Of a stretch of DNA of 64,000 bases, positions 1-12,500 are shown in pieces. The DNA comes from Chitinophagales bacterium. Lineage in GTDB: Bacteria > Bacteroidota > Bacteroidia > Chitinophagales > Chitinophagaceae. Position numbers and translations under genes: made by a program. The notes beneath the pieces are model-generated. The model worked only from the letters and a program-made list of their open reading frames with translations, searched no databases and had not been told where the DNA came from. Within the stretch, counting starts at the first letter, position 1. Each line of letters opens with the position of its first letter. The stretch lies in assembly GCA_038204535.1 (NCBI GenBank), contig JBBRCW010000001.1:14619-78618 (forward strand), given 5' to 3'.

Positions 1-1
1 T

Positions 2-580
2 GCCACCGTTGAAGACAAGATGCGCAATGCCATGTATCGCACCGAAAAAACCAGGAAACTGGAGCAGGAGAACCATAGTTCATACAACGAATTTTTACAG
101 TCGCTGCACATAAAAGTAACCACCAGGCCCATAGAAGAACGGGATATTGACAGGGCATTGCAATTGGGGCTGCGTACCAACCAGTTTAATATGAATGGCA
201 TCAGGCCCGAAAGGGAACTGATTAAAAGCCATATATTAAGCGAACAACGGCTGGGATGGATGATAGACGTGGCCGACCGCTTTGGTGACTATGGCACAGT
301 TGGATTGCTGCTGGGCACACATAATATGGCTACCTTACAATTGCAAACATTTTTATTGAGTTGCAGGGTGCTGGGCAGAGGCGTTGAAAAAATCATATGG
401 CAAAACGTTCATCAATATTGCGTAACTCATTCGTTGAACGATATAATGCTTCGGTTTCAGACAACTTCAAAAAATAAGCCCTTTGAAATTTTTTTAGCAT
501 CCTCAGGGGTGCAGTGGAGCAACGACAGCCAAAATTGGCATTCAACAGTTAAATATTCTATAGAAGAAATTGGGATTTAA
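2..580 (+). CDS. fkbH: FkbH-like protein (HAD-IIIC glyceryl transferase/phosphatase with C-terminal GNAT-like domain), 5'-truncated by the window edge
   Basis: The frame is open from base 2 (ATVEDKMRNAMYRTEKTR resembles the FkbH T.ED..R..MY..E..R motif), so the ORF-track start at 20 is internal. FkbH C-terminal motifs present: QLGLRTNQFN, DRFGDYGTVG, FLLSCRVLGRGVE. Stop at 578-580, 3 nt before the next ATG. Confidence 0.85.
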   Translation, partial: ATVEDKMRNAMYRTEKTRKLEQENHSSYNEFLQSLHIKVTTRPIEERDIDRALQLGLRTNQFNMNGIRPERELIKSHILSEQRLGWMIDVADRFGDYGTVGLLLGTHNMATLQLQTFLLSCRVLGRGVEKIIWQNVHQYCVTHSLNDIMLRFQTTSKNKPFEIFLASSGVQWSNDSQNWHSTVKYSIEEIGI

Positions 581-583
581 TAA

Positions 584-3500
584 ATGAGTGAAAGTAAGAA
601 ACCAGCCGTTCGTACCGGTAAAGATATTTTTAACCTCGTCCGTTCTAAACAAAACGAAGGACAGGTTAATGTGATTCCCGAACCGGCAGGGGAAGTTCAA
701 ATTGCGCTGATGACTATTTGGAAAGGTATTTTACCGGGCGCCGGGTTTACAACCAGCGACGATTTTTTTAAAGTGGGTGGCAACAGTATAAAAGCGGTTC
801 AACTGGCCAGCCAGGCGTCCAGGCATTTTAATATCTCCGTTGAACTTACCGACATCTTTCTAAATCCCACCATAACCGGACAGGAAATTTTTATTTCGGA
901 AAAAAATCACCAATCAACTATTGTTGCCGCGATTTCTGTTCAGTCGCGTAACGGCAACATCCCCTTATCGTACAATCAGCAGTGGTTATGGTTTGCGGAC
1001 AAATTTGAAGACAGCGTTGAGTACCATTTGGCCGAAGTTTTACAATTAAAAGGAAAGATAAACTACGAGGCGCTACACTTTGCTTTTAATAGATTAATCA
1101 CCCGGCACGAGGTATTGCGAACAATTTATACTGAATATGAAGGTGTGCCTTTTCAAAAGGTAATGGGCCCGGATGAATTTAAAATCGATCAGGAGAATGG
1201 TTTTTTATACCAGGCCGATGAAGAAAGATTGAATGAATTTATTGACGGGGAAATAGGTAAACCCTTCGATCTCTCCAAAGATTACCCCATACGGGCCTTG
1301 CTGATTGCCAAAGGTAATTTTGAACATTTGCTGGTCATTAATATGCACCACATTGCTTCGGATGGTTGGTCCATGTCGATAATTGTAAAAGAAGCCATTG
1401 AAAACTATAATGGTTTTATCAGTGGCAAATTGGATAATAAAGAACCGCTAAAAATCCAATATGCGGATTACGCTATTTGGCAGCGCGATTTCTTACAAAC
1501 CAAGTCCTTAAAGGATAAGCTGGAATTTTGGACAAAAAAATTGGAGGGAGTTACAGCCATAGATCTGCCGGCCGATTTTAGCAGGCCCGCTGTAAAAACC
1601 AAAAAAGGCGCGGTAAAACATTTTTTAATTGATAACGACCTTACAGATCAGGTCCGCAAGTTGGGTAACCAGGAAGGAAGCACTTTGTTTATGACATTGA
1701 TGGCTGCCTTTAATGTGTTGTTACATAAATACAGCGGTCAAAATGATCTATGCGTAGGTACCCCCATGGCCAATCGCTTACAAAACCAAACAGAAAATCT
1801 TGTTGGGTTTTTTACAAATACGATTGCTTTTCGAAGCCGGGTAGATCCCCGGCAATCTTTTAGCGCTTTTTTGACTTCAATTAAACAAACCGCACTGCAG
1901 GCTTACTCGCACCAGGAAGTGCCGTTTGAGAAAGTAGTTGAAGCAGTTGTTAAAGACCGTGACATTAGCAGAAGTCCTTTGTTTGACGTTGTATTTATTT
2001 TACAGAATACGCCGGATATTGAGGAGATAAAATTAATAGATGCAGAGGTCAAACATACAACCCATCATTCATACCAGGTAAAATACGATCTTACATTTAC
2101 GGTTACTGAAATGCCAGATGGACTGGATTTTTTAGTAGAGTATAGATCCGATCTGTATACTTCAGGCCGCATTGATAAGATGATGGATCATTTTATCCAC
2201 CTGCTGAAGTGTATCGTTAATGCTCCTCAGGAATTAATAAGCAAGTACAAAATTGTAACGCCTGCCGAAGAAGACCAGATACTTCATGAGTTCAATTCAC
2301 CTTCCGCGTTTACCCCGCAAAATGTAGTAGAGGTTTTTGAACAGCAGGTAGAAAATGCCCCGGGCAATATTGCCCTTACCTTTAACAACCTGAGCTATTC
2401 CTATGCAGAGTTGAATCAAAAGGCGAACCGGCTGGCCCGTTTTCTTCGTGCCAAAGGGGTAACCACAGAAACACTTGTGCCAATATGTTTGGAGCGAAGC
2501 ACTGAAATAATAGTAGCCATTTTAGGTATATTAAAAGCAGGCGCTGCTTATGTACCCATCGATCCCGCATACCCGGTTGATCGAATACAATACATGCTGG
2601 ACGATATAAAGGCAACCGTTGTATTGGTGAGCCTGGAAACGGTTGATGCTATTCCGCATTTACCCGCAATTGACGTGTTGGATATTTCCTCATCCCATAG
2701 TGAAATTGACGAATTTTCACCTGAAAATCCAAAAGTTGATATCAAGCCCGATAATTTGGCTTATATCATTTACACTTCAGGTTCAACAGGTAAGCCAAAG
2801 GGGGTTATGCTTGAGCACAAAGGGGTAGTTAACCTGGCGAAAAGCCAGGCCGATAATTTGCGACTGAAGCCTGGGTTAAAAACGCTTCAGTTTGCCTCGT
2901 ATGGTTTCGATGCTTCCTGTTACGAAATTTTTAATACCCTGTTAAGTGGCGGCCAATTAGTAATTCCTAAGAAAGAAGACCTTTTATCTGCAAGCCAGTT
3001 TGAATCTTTTATCAACCTGCATAAGGTAGATGTAGCGGTATTGCCGCCATCTTTTTTGCAGGTAATGAAAAACAATATAGGTACCATCAGCACAATTGTT
3101 TCCGCAGGCGAACCCATAAATCCCGACACTTGTAAATTTTTACAGTCGCGGGATATAAGAATGATAAATGCTTATGGTCCTACTGAAAATACGGTATGTA
3201 CCACTTTAACCGATAATCCGGTTTTGGAGAATGATATTATTACCATCGGCAAACCTATAGCCAATGTACAGGTACGAATTGTTGATAAAAATAATGATCT
3301 ATGTTCTATTGGTATTAATGGAGAGATGTGCATCGCGGGTGCACAGGTGGCAAGAGGATATTTTAACCGCCCCGATCTAAGCAAAGAAAAATTTGTAAAG
3401 GACTGGTTTAACAAAGATGAAGACCAGTTAATGTATCGCACCGGCGATATTGGCCGCTGGTTACCCGATGGCAGTATTGAGTTTATCGGCCGTATGGACG

Positions 3501-6500
3501 ACCAGGTTAAGATTAGGGGTTATAGAATTGAATTGGGCGAAATTGAAAATGTATTGCAGCAATGTGAGGGTGTTGAGTTGTGTACCGTAATAGCCGGCGA
3601 AGATAAGTTGGGTGACCTGCAGTTGGTTACCTATATAGAAAGCGATGGCGTTCTTACTCGTCAGCAGGTAACGGAATATTTGCAGACCAGTTTGCCTGAA
3701 TTCATGGTACCGGGCATCATTGTATTTCTGCCTAAAATGCCACTGACCATAAGTGGTAAAATCGACAAAAAATCTTTGCCGGATCCTTCGTCTGTCGAGC
3801 TAACGGATACCGAATTCCAGGCTCCGCAAAATCCGTTACAACAAAAGTTATCTGAAATCTGGATGGAGCTTTTGGAAATTGACCGGTTGGGAATAAATGA
3901 TAACTTTTTTGAACTGGGTGGACATTCAATGCTTGCAATGCGCATGGGGGCCGCGATTCGCAGACAGTTAAACGCGGATCTGCCGGTCAAAGCCATTTTT
4001 CAACATCCAACAATAGCCTCACTATCAAAAATAATTGAACAATTTAAAGAACTGGCTCCGCTGCCCGCGATCATTCCGGGCGACAGACCTGGTAGAATTC
4101 CACTATCGTTCAGTCAGGCAAGGTTATGGTTCATTCACCAGCTTCATGGTACCAATCCGTACCATATTCCCGCGGTATTAAGGTTAAATGGTAAGCTGAA
4201 TATTGATGCGCTTAACCAGGCGTTGCAAAGCGTAGTTGACAGACACCATGCATTGCGTACCATTGTTTTGGAGGACGAAGGGCGACCTTACCAGGTTATT
4301 CAGTCTTCGAAAAAGTGGAAGCTTATGCTGGTAAATGATCCGGATTTGTCTGATGAGGGAAAGCTAAAAGATTATATCCATCAACAAGTTACAAGGGTAT
4401 TTGATCTTTCAAAGGATTATATGCTTAGGGCCCGGCTTGTTGAGTTAAATAGTGAAGAACATATATTAATATTAACGGTACACCATATAGCTGCAGATGG
4501 ATGGTCAATGCCTGTTATAGTGAAAGAAATTGTTGCTCTGTATCAACATTTCGCTTATGGTGCAGTGGCTAGCCTGCCTGTACTTAAGGTTCAATATGCT
4601 GATTATGCTATATGGCAAAACCAGTTTTTGACCGGTGAAGTGCTTGAAAACAGATTGGCGTATTGGACAAAGGTTTTGGAAGATGTTCCTCCGCTCCAAC
4701 TTCCGCTCGACTATAAACGTCCTCCTGTTCAAAGCACCAATGGCGCGGTAACGGAAATGGTATTTCCTGTAGAGGTTTTGAACGGCTTAAAGTTATTGGG
4801 AAAGCAACAATACGCAACTTTGTTCATGACTTTGTTGTCGGCATTCAAAGTATTGCTATACCGCTACTCGGGCCAGCAGGACATTTGCGTTGGAACATCT
4901 GTTGCTAACCGGCAGCATGAGGAAACCGAGGGTGTAGTTGGATTTTTTGTAAACAATATTGCTTTGCGTAGCCAGGTAATTGGCAACGAATCATTTGTAG
5001 ATCTATTAAGCAATGTCAACACTTCAGTACTTGATGCTTTTCAATACCAGGATGTACCTTTTGAAAAGGTGGTTGACGCGGTTGTTCACGAAAGAGAAAT
5101 GAGCCGCAACCCGATTTTCCAGGTGTTGTTTGTTTTACAGAATACACCGGAAATTCCTGCAATAACATTACCGGGGCTGCAGATGTCGCCGCTGGATTTG
5201 GAACACACCACGGCGCAGCTTGATATGATATTCAACGTTAAAGAAAGTGCTGAAGGTTTGCATCTTTCCGTTGAATACTGTACCGATCTTTTTGCTGTTG
5301 AAACCATACAGCGGATGATTGCCAATTTTGGTGTCTTACTTCATTCAGTCACCAAAAATCCATCTTCAAAAATTGATCAGCTTGAGTTGTTCACTGAGGT
5401 TGAAACCAATAAACTATTAAGCGAATTCAATAATACCAATGCAGCTTTGGGCATTGAAAATACTGTTGTGGACTTGTTCAATGCGCAGGTGTCACGGGTG
5501 CCAAATAACATTGCTCTAATTTATGCTGACGAGTCAATCACATTCTCTGAATTAAATGAACGATCAAACCAATTGGCGGGTTACATCGTTAGCAAGGGCA
5601 TACTTGTTGGCGACATAGTTCCCGTTTGCATGCACCGTGGTTTCGATATGCTGGTAGCAATCTGGGCGATTTTAAAAGCCGGGGCAGCCTATGCGCCAAT
5701 TGACCCTGAATATCCTGCGGAACGCATACAATTTATAGCCGGCGACACCAAAGCAAAACTTATTATCTGTAATGAAGATTCAATTTTAAACCTGGATTTA
5801 TTGCAGGCGGTTGAGCAGGTTAATCTTGACCGGTTGCAAAACACGCTTAGCGGGTTTCCAACCCATTTTACAACCATGGCAAAGCCTGGTCAGCTTGCTT
5901 ATATCATTTATACTTCCGGTTCAACCGGTACGCCAAAAGGTGTGGCAATTCAACATTGCTCATTAAGCAACTACCTTTTAAATGGCAGCACAAACTACGT
6001 AAACAGGTCAAGCGGCGGAACGGGTTCGTTCCTTAGTTTGTCATTCACATTCGATGCTTCAATTACATCCTTGTTCATGCCGTCGATAGCAGGAAAGACG
6101 TTGGTGCTAAGTGCGAATACTGGCGTTAAAGTTTTTGATGATGAGAACTTCCTGGCACATGCTCCTTTCGATTTTTTGAAGATAACTCCGGCTCACCTTG
6201 AACTTTTAAAAGCTGTTGATGACAGTTACCTCACTAATTGGTTCACGCGAAAATTAGTTATTGGAGGTGAAGCTTTGTTGCCTGGTCATATCGATCATTT
6301 CATAAAAGAGGACATCAACGTTCAGGTTATAAACGAATACGGCCCAACGGAAGCGGCTGTGGGTTGCAGCACTTATAGTTTTTTTACAGTGACCGACAAG
6401 GATATGATCAAAAACAGCATTTCCATCGGCAAACCAATTGATAACGTAAAGCTATCTATCCTCGGCCCTTCAGGCACCTTGATGCCAATAGGCGCGGCAG

Positions 6501-9500
6501 GGGAAATATGTATCGCGGGCCAAGGTTTATCGTCAGGATATTTGAATCAGCCAGAACTGACAAGCGAAAAGTTTATAGCTGATCCGTTTGGCAAAAGCGC
6601 GAAATCAAAAATTTATAAGACCGGTGACTACGGCCGGTGGTTGCCCGATGGAAACATAGAATATATAGGAAGGATCGACGACCAGGTAAAAGTGAGAGGA
6701 TACCGCGTTGAACTATCCGAAATTGAAAATGTATTGCTGAAAAGTGGGCTGGTAAAACAAGCTGCTGTAATTGTAAAACAAGACAAAGAAAATAATAAGC
6801 GCCTGGCGGCCTATGTTGTTTGCGACGACACTGAAGAACTGGAGCAAGTAAAGGAGTATTCAATCAGGGTATTGCCCGAACACATGCTGCCGTCTTTTTG
6901 GATAGCAGTTAATAGCATGCCCCTAACCATTAGTGGTAAGATTGACAAAAAAGCCTTGCCCGAACCTGTTGATAACAGCCAGCCTGAAAAAGAAATTGAG
7001 GATGCACCTTTAAGTGAATTGAATAATAAACTTGCGGATATTTGGAAAGACCTGCTGGAACTTGACGAGATTGGTATAAACGATAATTTCTTTAACCTTG
7101 GCGGAGATTCTTTACTGGCTGTTCGGGTAGTAGCTGCAATACGTAAAAAGTTGCAGGCCGGGCTTGAGATCAACGCCATATTTGATCATCCCACCATTGC
7201 CGGTTTATCATCCGTTATAGAAGGAGACAAGAACGACTTTTTGTTGCCGCCGATTGTGCCGGCTGATCGCCCGAAGAATATTCCCTTGTCGTTTAGCCAG
7301 GAGCGCTTATGGGTCATTCATCAACTTGAAGGAAGTGTGCAATATCACCTCAATACGGTCTTAAGCATAGATGGTGAGCCTGAGTTGGCGGCGCTGAATG
7401 ATGCGCTGCATCAAATCGTTTCGAGGCACGAAATATTGAGAACCGTGTATCGCCAGCAAGATGGTAAACCTTACCAGGTAATAATGTCTGCCGGCGATAT
7501 CACCCTTAAGTCAATCGATCGATCTTTCAATAATATTAGTGATGCGGAATTAAATCAACTGATATTGGAAGAGACCAGCCAGCCTTTTGATCTGGCTACC
7601 GATTACATGATCAGGGCCAGCCTGGTAAAAATTAATATGGCCCGGTTTGTTTTGATCGTCACCCTGCATCACATTGCATCCGATGGCTGGTCCAATAATA
7701 TTTTTATTAAAGAAGTAACCGAATGTTATAATTCCTTCAAACAAAAAAAGAAAGCCAGCTTACCGGCGTTGCCCATTCAATATGCCGACTTTGCCATTTG
7801 GCAGCGGGCGAATTTGCAGGGCGATCTAATGGGGCAAAAGATCGCTTTCTGGAAAACATATTTACAAAACGTAGAACCGTTGCAGCTTCCGGCCGATTAC
7901 CAGCGGCCAGCCATGCAAAGCTTTAGAGGAGCGGTCATTCCGTTTTCCATCTCATCGCAAATAAAAGAAAAGCTTCAAAACATCAGTAAGCAACACGATG
8001 CTACATTGTTTATGACCCTTTTGTCGGCCTTTTATATTTTACTGAAAGAATACAGCGGGCAGCAAGATATAACCGTTGGCACACCCGTAGCCAATCGAAA
8101 ACAGCAGGAGGTTGAATCGTTAATCGGCTTTTTTGTAAACACGCTGGTTTTACGCACCAGGGTCGATAATGACTTGTCGTTTACCAGCTTGCTTCTGCAG
8201 GTAAAGGGGGATACACTCAAAGCATTTGAACACCAGGATCTTCCGTTTGAAAAAGTGGTGGATGCGGTGGTGAGTGAAAGAGATATGAGCAGGAACCCGC
8301 TTTTCCAGGTAATGTTTGTTTACCAGGAAGATGTGCGGCAGAATAAACATGTTTTAAATGATCTCAGTGTAGCGGTCGTTCAGCCTCAACAGGATACATC
8401 AAAGTTCGACCTCTCGTTTTTTATAAATGAATCAGACGGAGATTTAGAATGTTTTGTAGAGTATTGCACCGATTTATACAGCCACGATACGGTTGTAAGA
8501 ATGATCAGTCACTTTACAAACCTGCTTCAAAATATTGCTTTGAAGTCCGATCAGCGGATTGGATCGCTCTCCTTGCTTTCACCAAACGAGCAGCACCAGT
8601 TGCTGCACGAATTTCAGGGCAGGCACATGGCCTTGAAACAAGAAAGCATGGTTAGCTTATTTGAGCAGCAAGTTGCTTTATCGCTGGATAAACCGGCGAT
8701 TGTAAGCGGCGAAAGATCCATTACTTATAACGAGCTTAACGCGCTTAGTAATCGCATTGGCCGTTATCTGCAGAGCCTTGGTGTTAAGGCCGGAAGTTTT
8801 GTGCCCGTGAATATGGAGCGAAGTATAGAGATGGTAGTGGCGCTGCTGGGCGTGTTAAAAGCGGGTGCGGCTTACGTTCCCATAGATAAGACTTACCCGC
8901 TGCAAAGGGTGGCATACATGATAAAAGACTGCGGCGCCTCAATAGCGCTTTGCAACAGCTCCACCAGCAGCCAATTGATAGATATTTCAGGAATTACAGT
9001 GGTCGAAATTGATAACAACGCAGCGATTGGCCTTCAAAAGTCAGACAATACCAGGCAGGCCATCAGCCAGAACGATCTTGCTTATGTAATGTACACTTCG
9101 GGAAGCACAGGCCAACCAAAGGGAGTAATGATAGAACACAGAAGCGTATCGGACTTTTTGCAATGGTGTCACCAGGAGTTTGGCCAGTCGGATGTGGAAA
9201 CAGTATATGGCGGCACTTCCATTAATTTTGATCTGTCGGTGTTCGAAATTTTTTACAGCCTTACCAGCGGCAAAACCTTAAGGCTTTTGCAAAACGGCTT
9301 AGAGGCCGCCCGCTACCTGCCGGGAGATCAGAAAGTACTGCTCAATAGTGTGCCTTCCGTCATAGAAAGTTTATTAAAAGAAAACACCGATCTACGAAAT
9401 GTAACGGTGCTGAATATGGCTGGCGAGCCTGTATCTGCATTCATACAGCAGCATCTTGACCAGGAAAATATAGAAGTGAGAAACCTGTACGGCCCTACCG

Positions 9501-12500
9501 AAGACACTACCTACAGCACGGTTTACCGCATGCGCAAAGGACAGCCGCTCCTGATCGGCAAGCCTATTGCCAATTCGTATATACGTATTGTAAACCCGCA
9601 ATTGCAATTACTGCCAGTTGGAATAACAGGAGAAATTTGTATTGGAGGTGCAGGCCTGGCGCGGGGTTATTTAAACCGGCATGACCTGACGAATGAAAAA
9701 TTTATAAATGATCCTTTTAGCAGCGAAGCTGACGCGCTATTATACAAGACAGGCGATGTAGGGCGTTGGTTACCCGACGGCAATATAGAATATTTAGGCA
9801 GAATAGACGACCAGGTAAAAATTCGGGGCTACAGGATAGAACTGGGCGAGATTGAAAATGTTTTACAGCAAAACGAAACCATAAGCCAGGCAGCAGCCGT
9901 GGCTATAACAGACAATAATGGAAGTAAAAGATTAGCCGCCTACGTGGTGCCCGGGCCTGGATTCAATAAAGAAAAACTGGAATTGTGGCTGGCTCAAAGA
10001 TTGCCTGACTATATGGTGCCGCATTTGTGGATGCAACTGGAGCGCCTTCCACTAAACCAAAATGGTAAGATCGACAGAAAGGCTTTGCCCGCGATAGAAC
10101 CGGCGGAAAGCTCACCAAAGCGTTACACTGCACCCACCACGCAGACGGAAATTCAGCTTGCCGCCATTTGGGGCGAACTTTTGGGCAAAGAACAGGTGGG
10201 GGTCGATGATAACTTCTTCGGGTTAGGGGGCGATAGCATTTTAACCATTCAGGCGGTAAGCCGGGCCAACCGGCTGGCATACCATTTACATCCGCGGGAT
10301 ATATTTAAGCACCAAACCATCAGGCGTTTGAGTAAAGCCCTGGCTGATAATCATGCAAAGGCAATCACCGGCGAACAGGGTCAGTTGCAGGGTATAGCAG
10401 GGTTGTTGCCCATTCAACATAATTTTCTGGAAAGCGATCAGCCTGAACCTTCGCATTATAATCAAAGCGTGTTGCTGAACATAAACAAAAATGTTAGCAA
10501 ACACATGTTGCGGCAGGTTGTCAGGTTGCTGGTACAACAGCACGATGCGCTCAGGTTTCGCTATTTTAAAAATGACGGAATCTGGCAACAGGAATATGGC
10601 CAGGCACCAGGCGAATTATTTATAGAAGATTTGAGGAGTTCAGGCGATGTACCTGCAGCCCTTGATCAAATAGCCAACCAATACCAGCAGAGCCTTAATA
10701 TTGAAAAGGGCGGCCTGGTAAGAATGGTATGGATACAAATGCCAGGGGAAGTGAATAGTGAAGAACGAATAGTGAATAATGAAGAACGAATAATGAATAG
10801 TGAAGAACGAATAGTGAATAATGAAGAACGAATAATGAATAGTGAAGAACGAATAGTGAATAGTGAAGAACGAATAGTGAATAATGAAGAACGAGCATTA
10901 GTTAATGAAGAATCTTCATCCCTCATTCCTCAACCCAATTCCTTCAGCAATCGCCAACTGACAACTGACAACTCACCACTCACCACTCACCACTCACCAC
11001 TCACCACTCACAACTCACTCACCGCTCACCAGAAAAATCGTCTCCTTATCATCATCCACCACCTGGCAGTAGACGGTGTATCGTGGAGGCTGTTACTGGA
11101 GGATTTGGAAGTGTTGCTGACAGCCGCGGCCAGCGGACAGCAAGCCATTCTTCCCACTAAAACCAGCAGTTACCGCCAATGGTACCAGGCATTGGAACAA
11201 TATGGGCAAAGCAGCAGTCTGCTGAAACAAAAAGAATACTGGCATCAGGCGGCAAGCAGGCAAAGCTTACAGATAACAGATACGAAATACGAAGGCCCCA
11301 TATTGGTAAAAGACCTGGGCAATTACAAAACAAGCTTAGATGCCGGCGAAACCAGTCTTTTGCTGCAGCAGGTACCCAAAGTGTACCATACAGGCATCAA
11401 CGACCTTTTGCTTGCCGCCCTGGCCCGCGCCTTTCAACAGCTTTTGAAAACAAATACATTATTGATCGGTCTCGAGGGGCAGGGCAGGGAGGATATCTCC
11501 GCAGTCATAGATACAAGTCATACGGTTGGCTGGTTCACCAGTTTATACCCGGTGCTGCTCAATATCGAAAATTGTATAAACCACGATCAACTGATAAAGG
11601 CAGTAAAAGAACAGTTGAGAGCGGTACCTGATAAGGGGCTTAGCTATGGGGTTCTAAAATACATCAACCATGATAAAGCGCTTAAAGGGAAAGAGCAGTA
11701 CGATCTAATATTTAATTACCTGGGGCAATTGGATAACGTGACGGGTAACAGCAAATGGTTCAGTGTAGCACGTGAAAATTCAGGCGAAAACAGAAGTGGC
11801 GAAACCGAAGTGTTTGAAAAGATATCTTTAGCGGCACAGGTATTAGAAGGGCAACTCGAACTTCATTGGAGCTATAGTACCAAACATTTTAATGCGCAAA
11901 CCATACAGAATTTAGCCGGGGTTTTTGTAGGCCACCTGGCAGCCATCATCAGCCATTGTCAAAAGCAAGAGGAGATTGCCGGTGCAGTTTATACCCCGTC
12001 TGATTACGGCATAGAAAAAGAGGTAAGTTATCCTGAACTGGATGCCTTTTTACAAACCGGTGTCAATGGGCAGCCCATCAGCCGGCAGATAGAAAGCATT
12101 TACCGGTTAAGCGGATTGCAGCAAGGCATGCTGTTCCATAGCCTTTATCATCCGGGCGGCGCTTATATTGAGCAGTTTACCTGCAGCCTTCCGGCGGAGG
12201 TTAACCTGGAGGCCTTTGAAAAAAGCTGGCAGGCGGTGATAGAACGCCATACCATTTTGCGTTCTTCATTTTGGTTTGATGCCTTAAGCATACCGGTGCA
12301 GGCCGTCATGAAACAGGCCGTACTGCAAATCACCCAAATTGACCTTCGGCAAAAATCCATAGAGGAACAGGCGGCTGCCATATTTACCTTTGAAAGCGAA
12401 GACAGAACGCGGGGCTTCGATTTTAAGCAGGCGCCGCTTATGCGCCTGGTCTTGCTGCATACCACAAACGGCTACAGGTTGGTATGGACCTACCATCACC

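Noticed and set aside
10751-10900. Regular 21-nt repeats as a CRISPR array
   Set aside because: The repeats abut with no unique spacers, lie in frame inside a coding domain, and no cas genes are present.
10666-10926. Antisense ORFs (SSLFTIR.../LHYSLFV...) here and at 35126-35311 and 40090-40284
   Set aside because: These are stop-free reverse frames of the tandem repeats, not independent genes.
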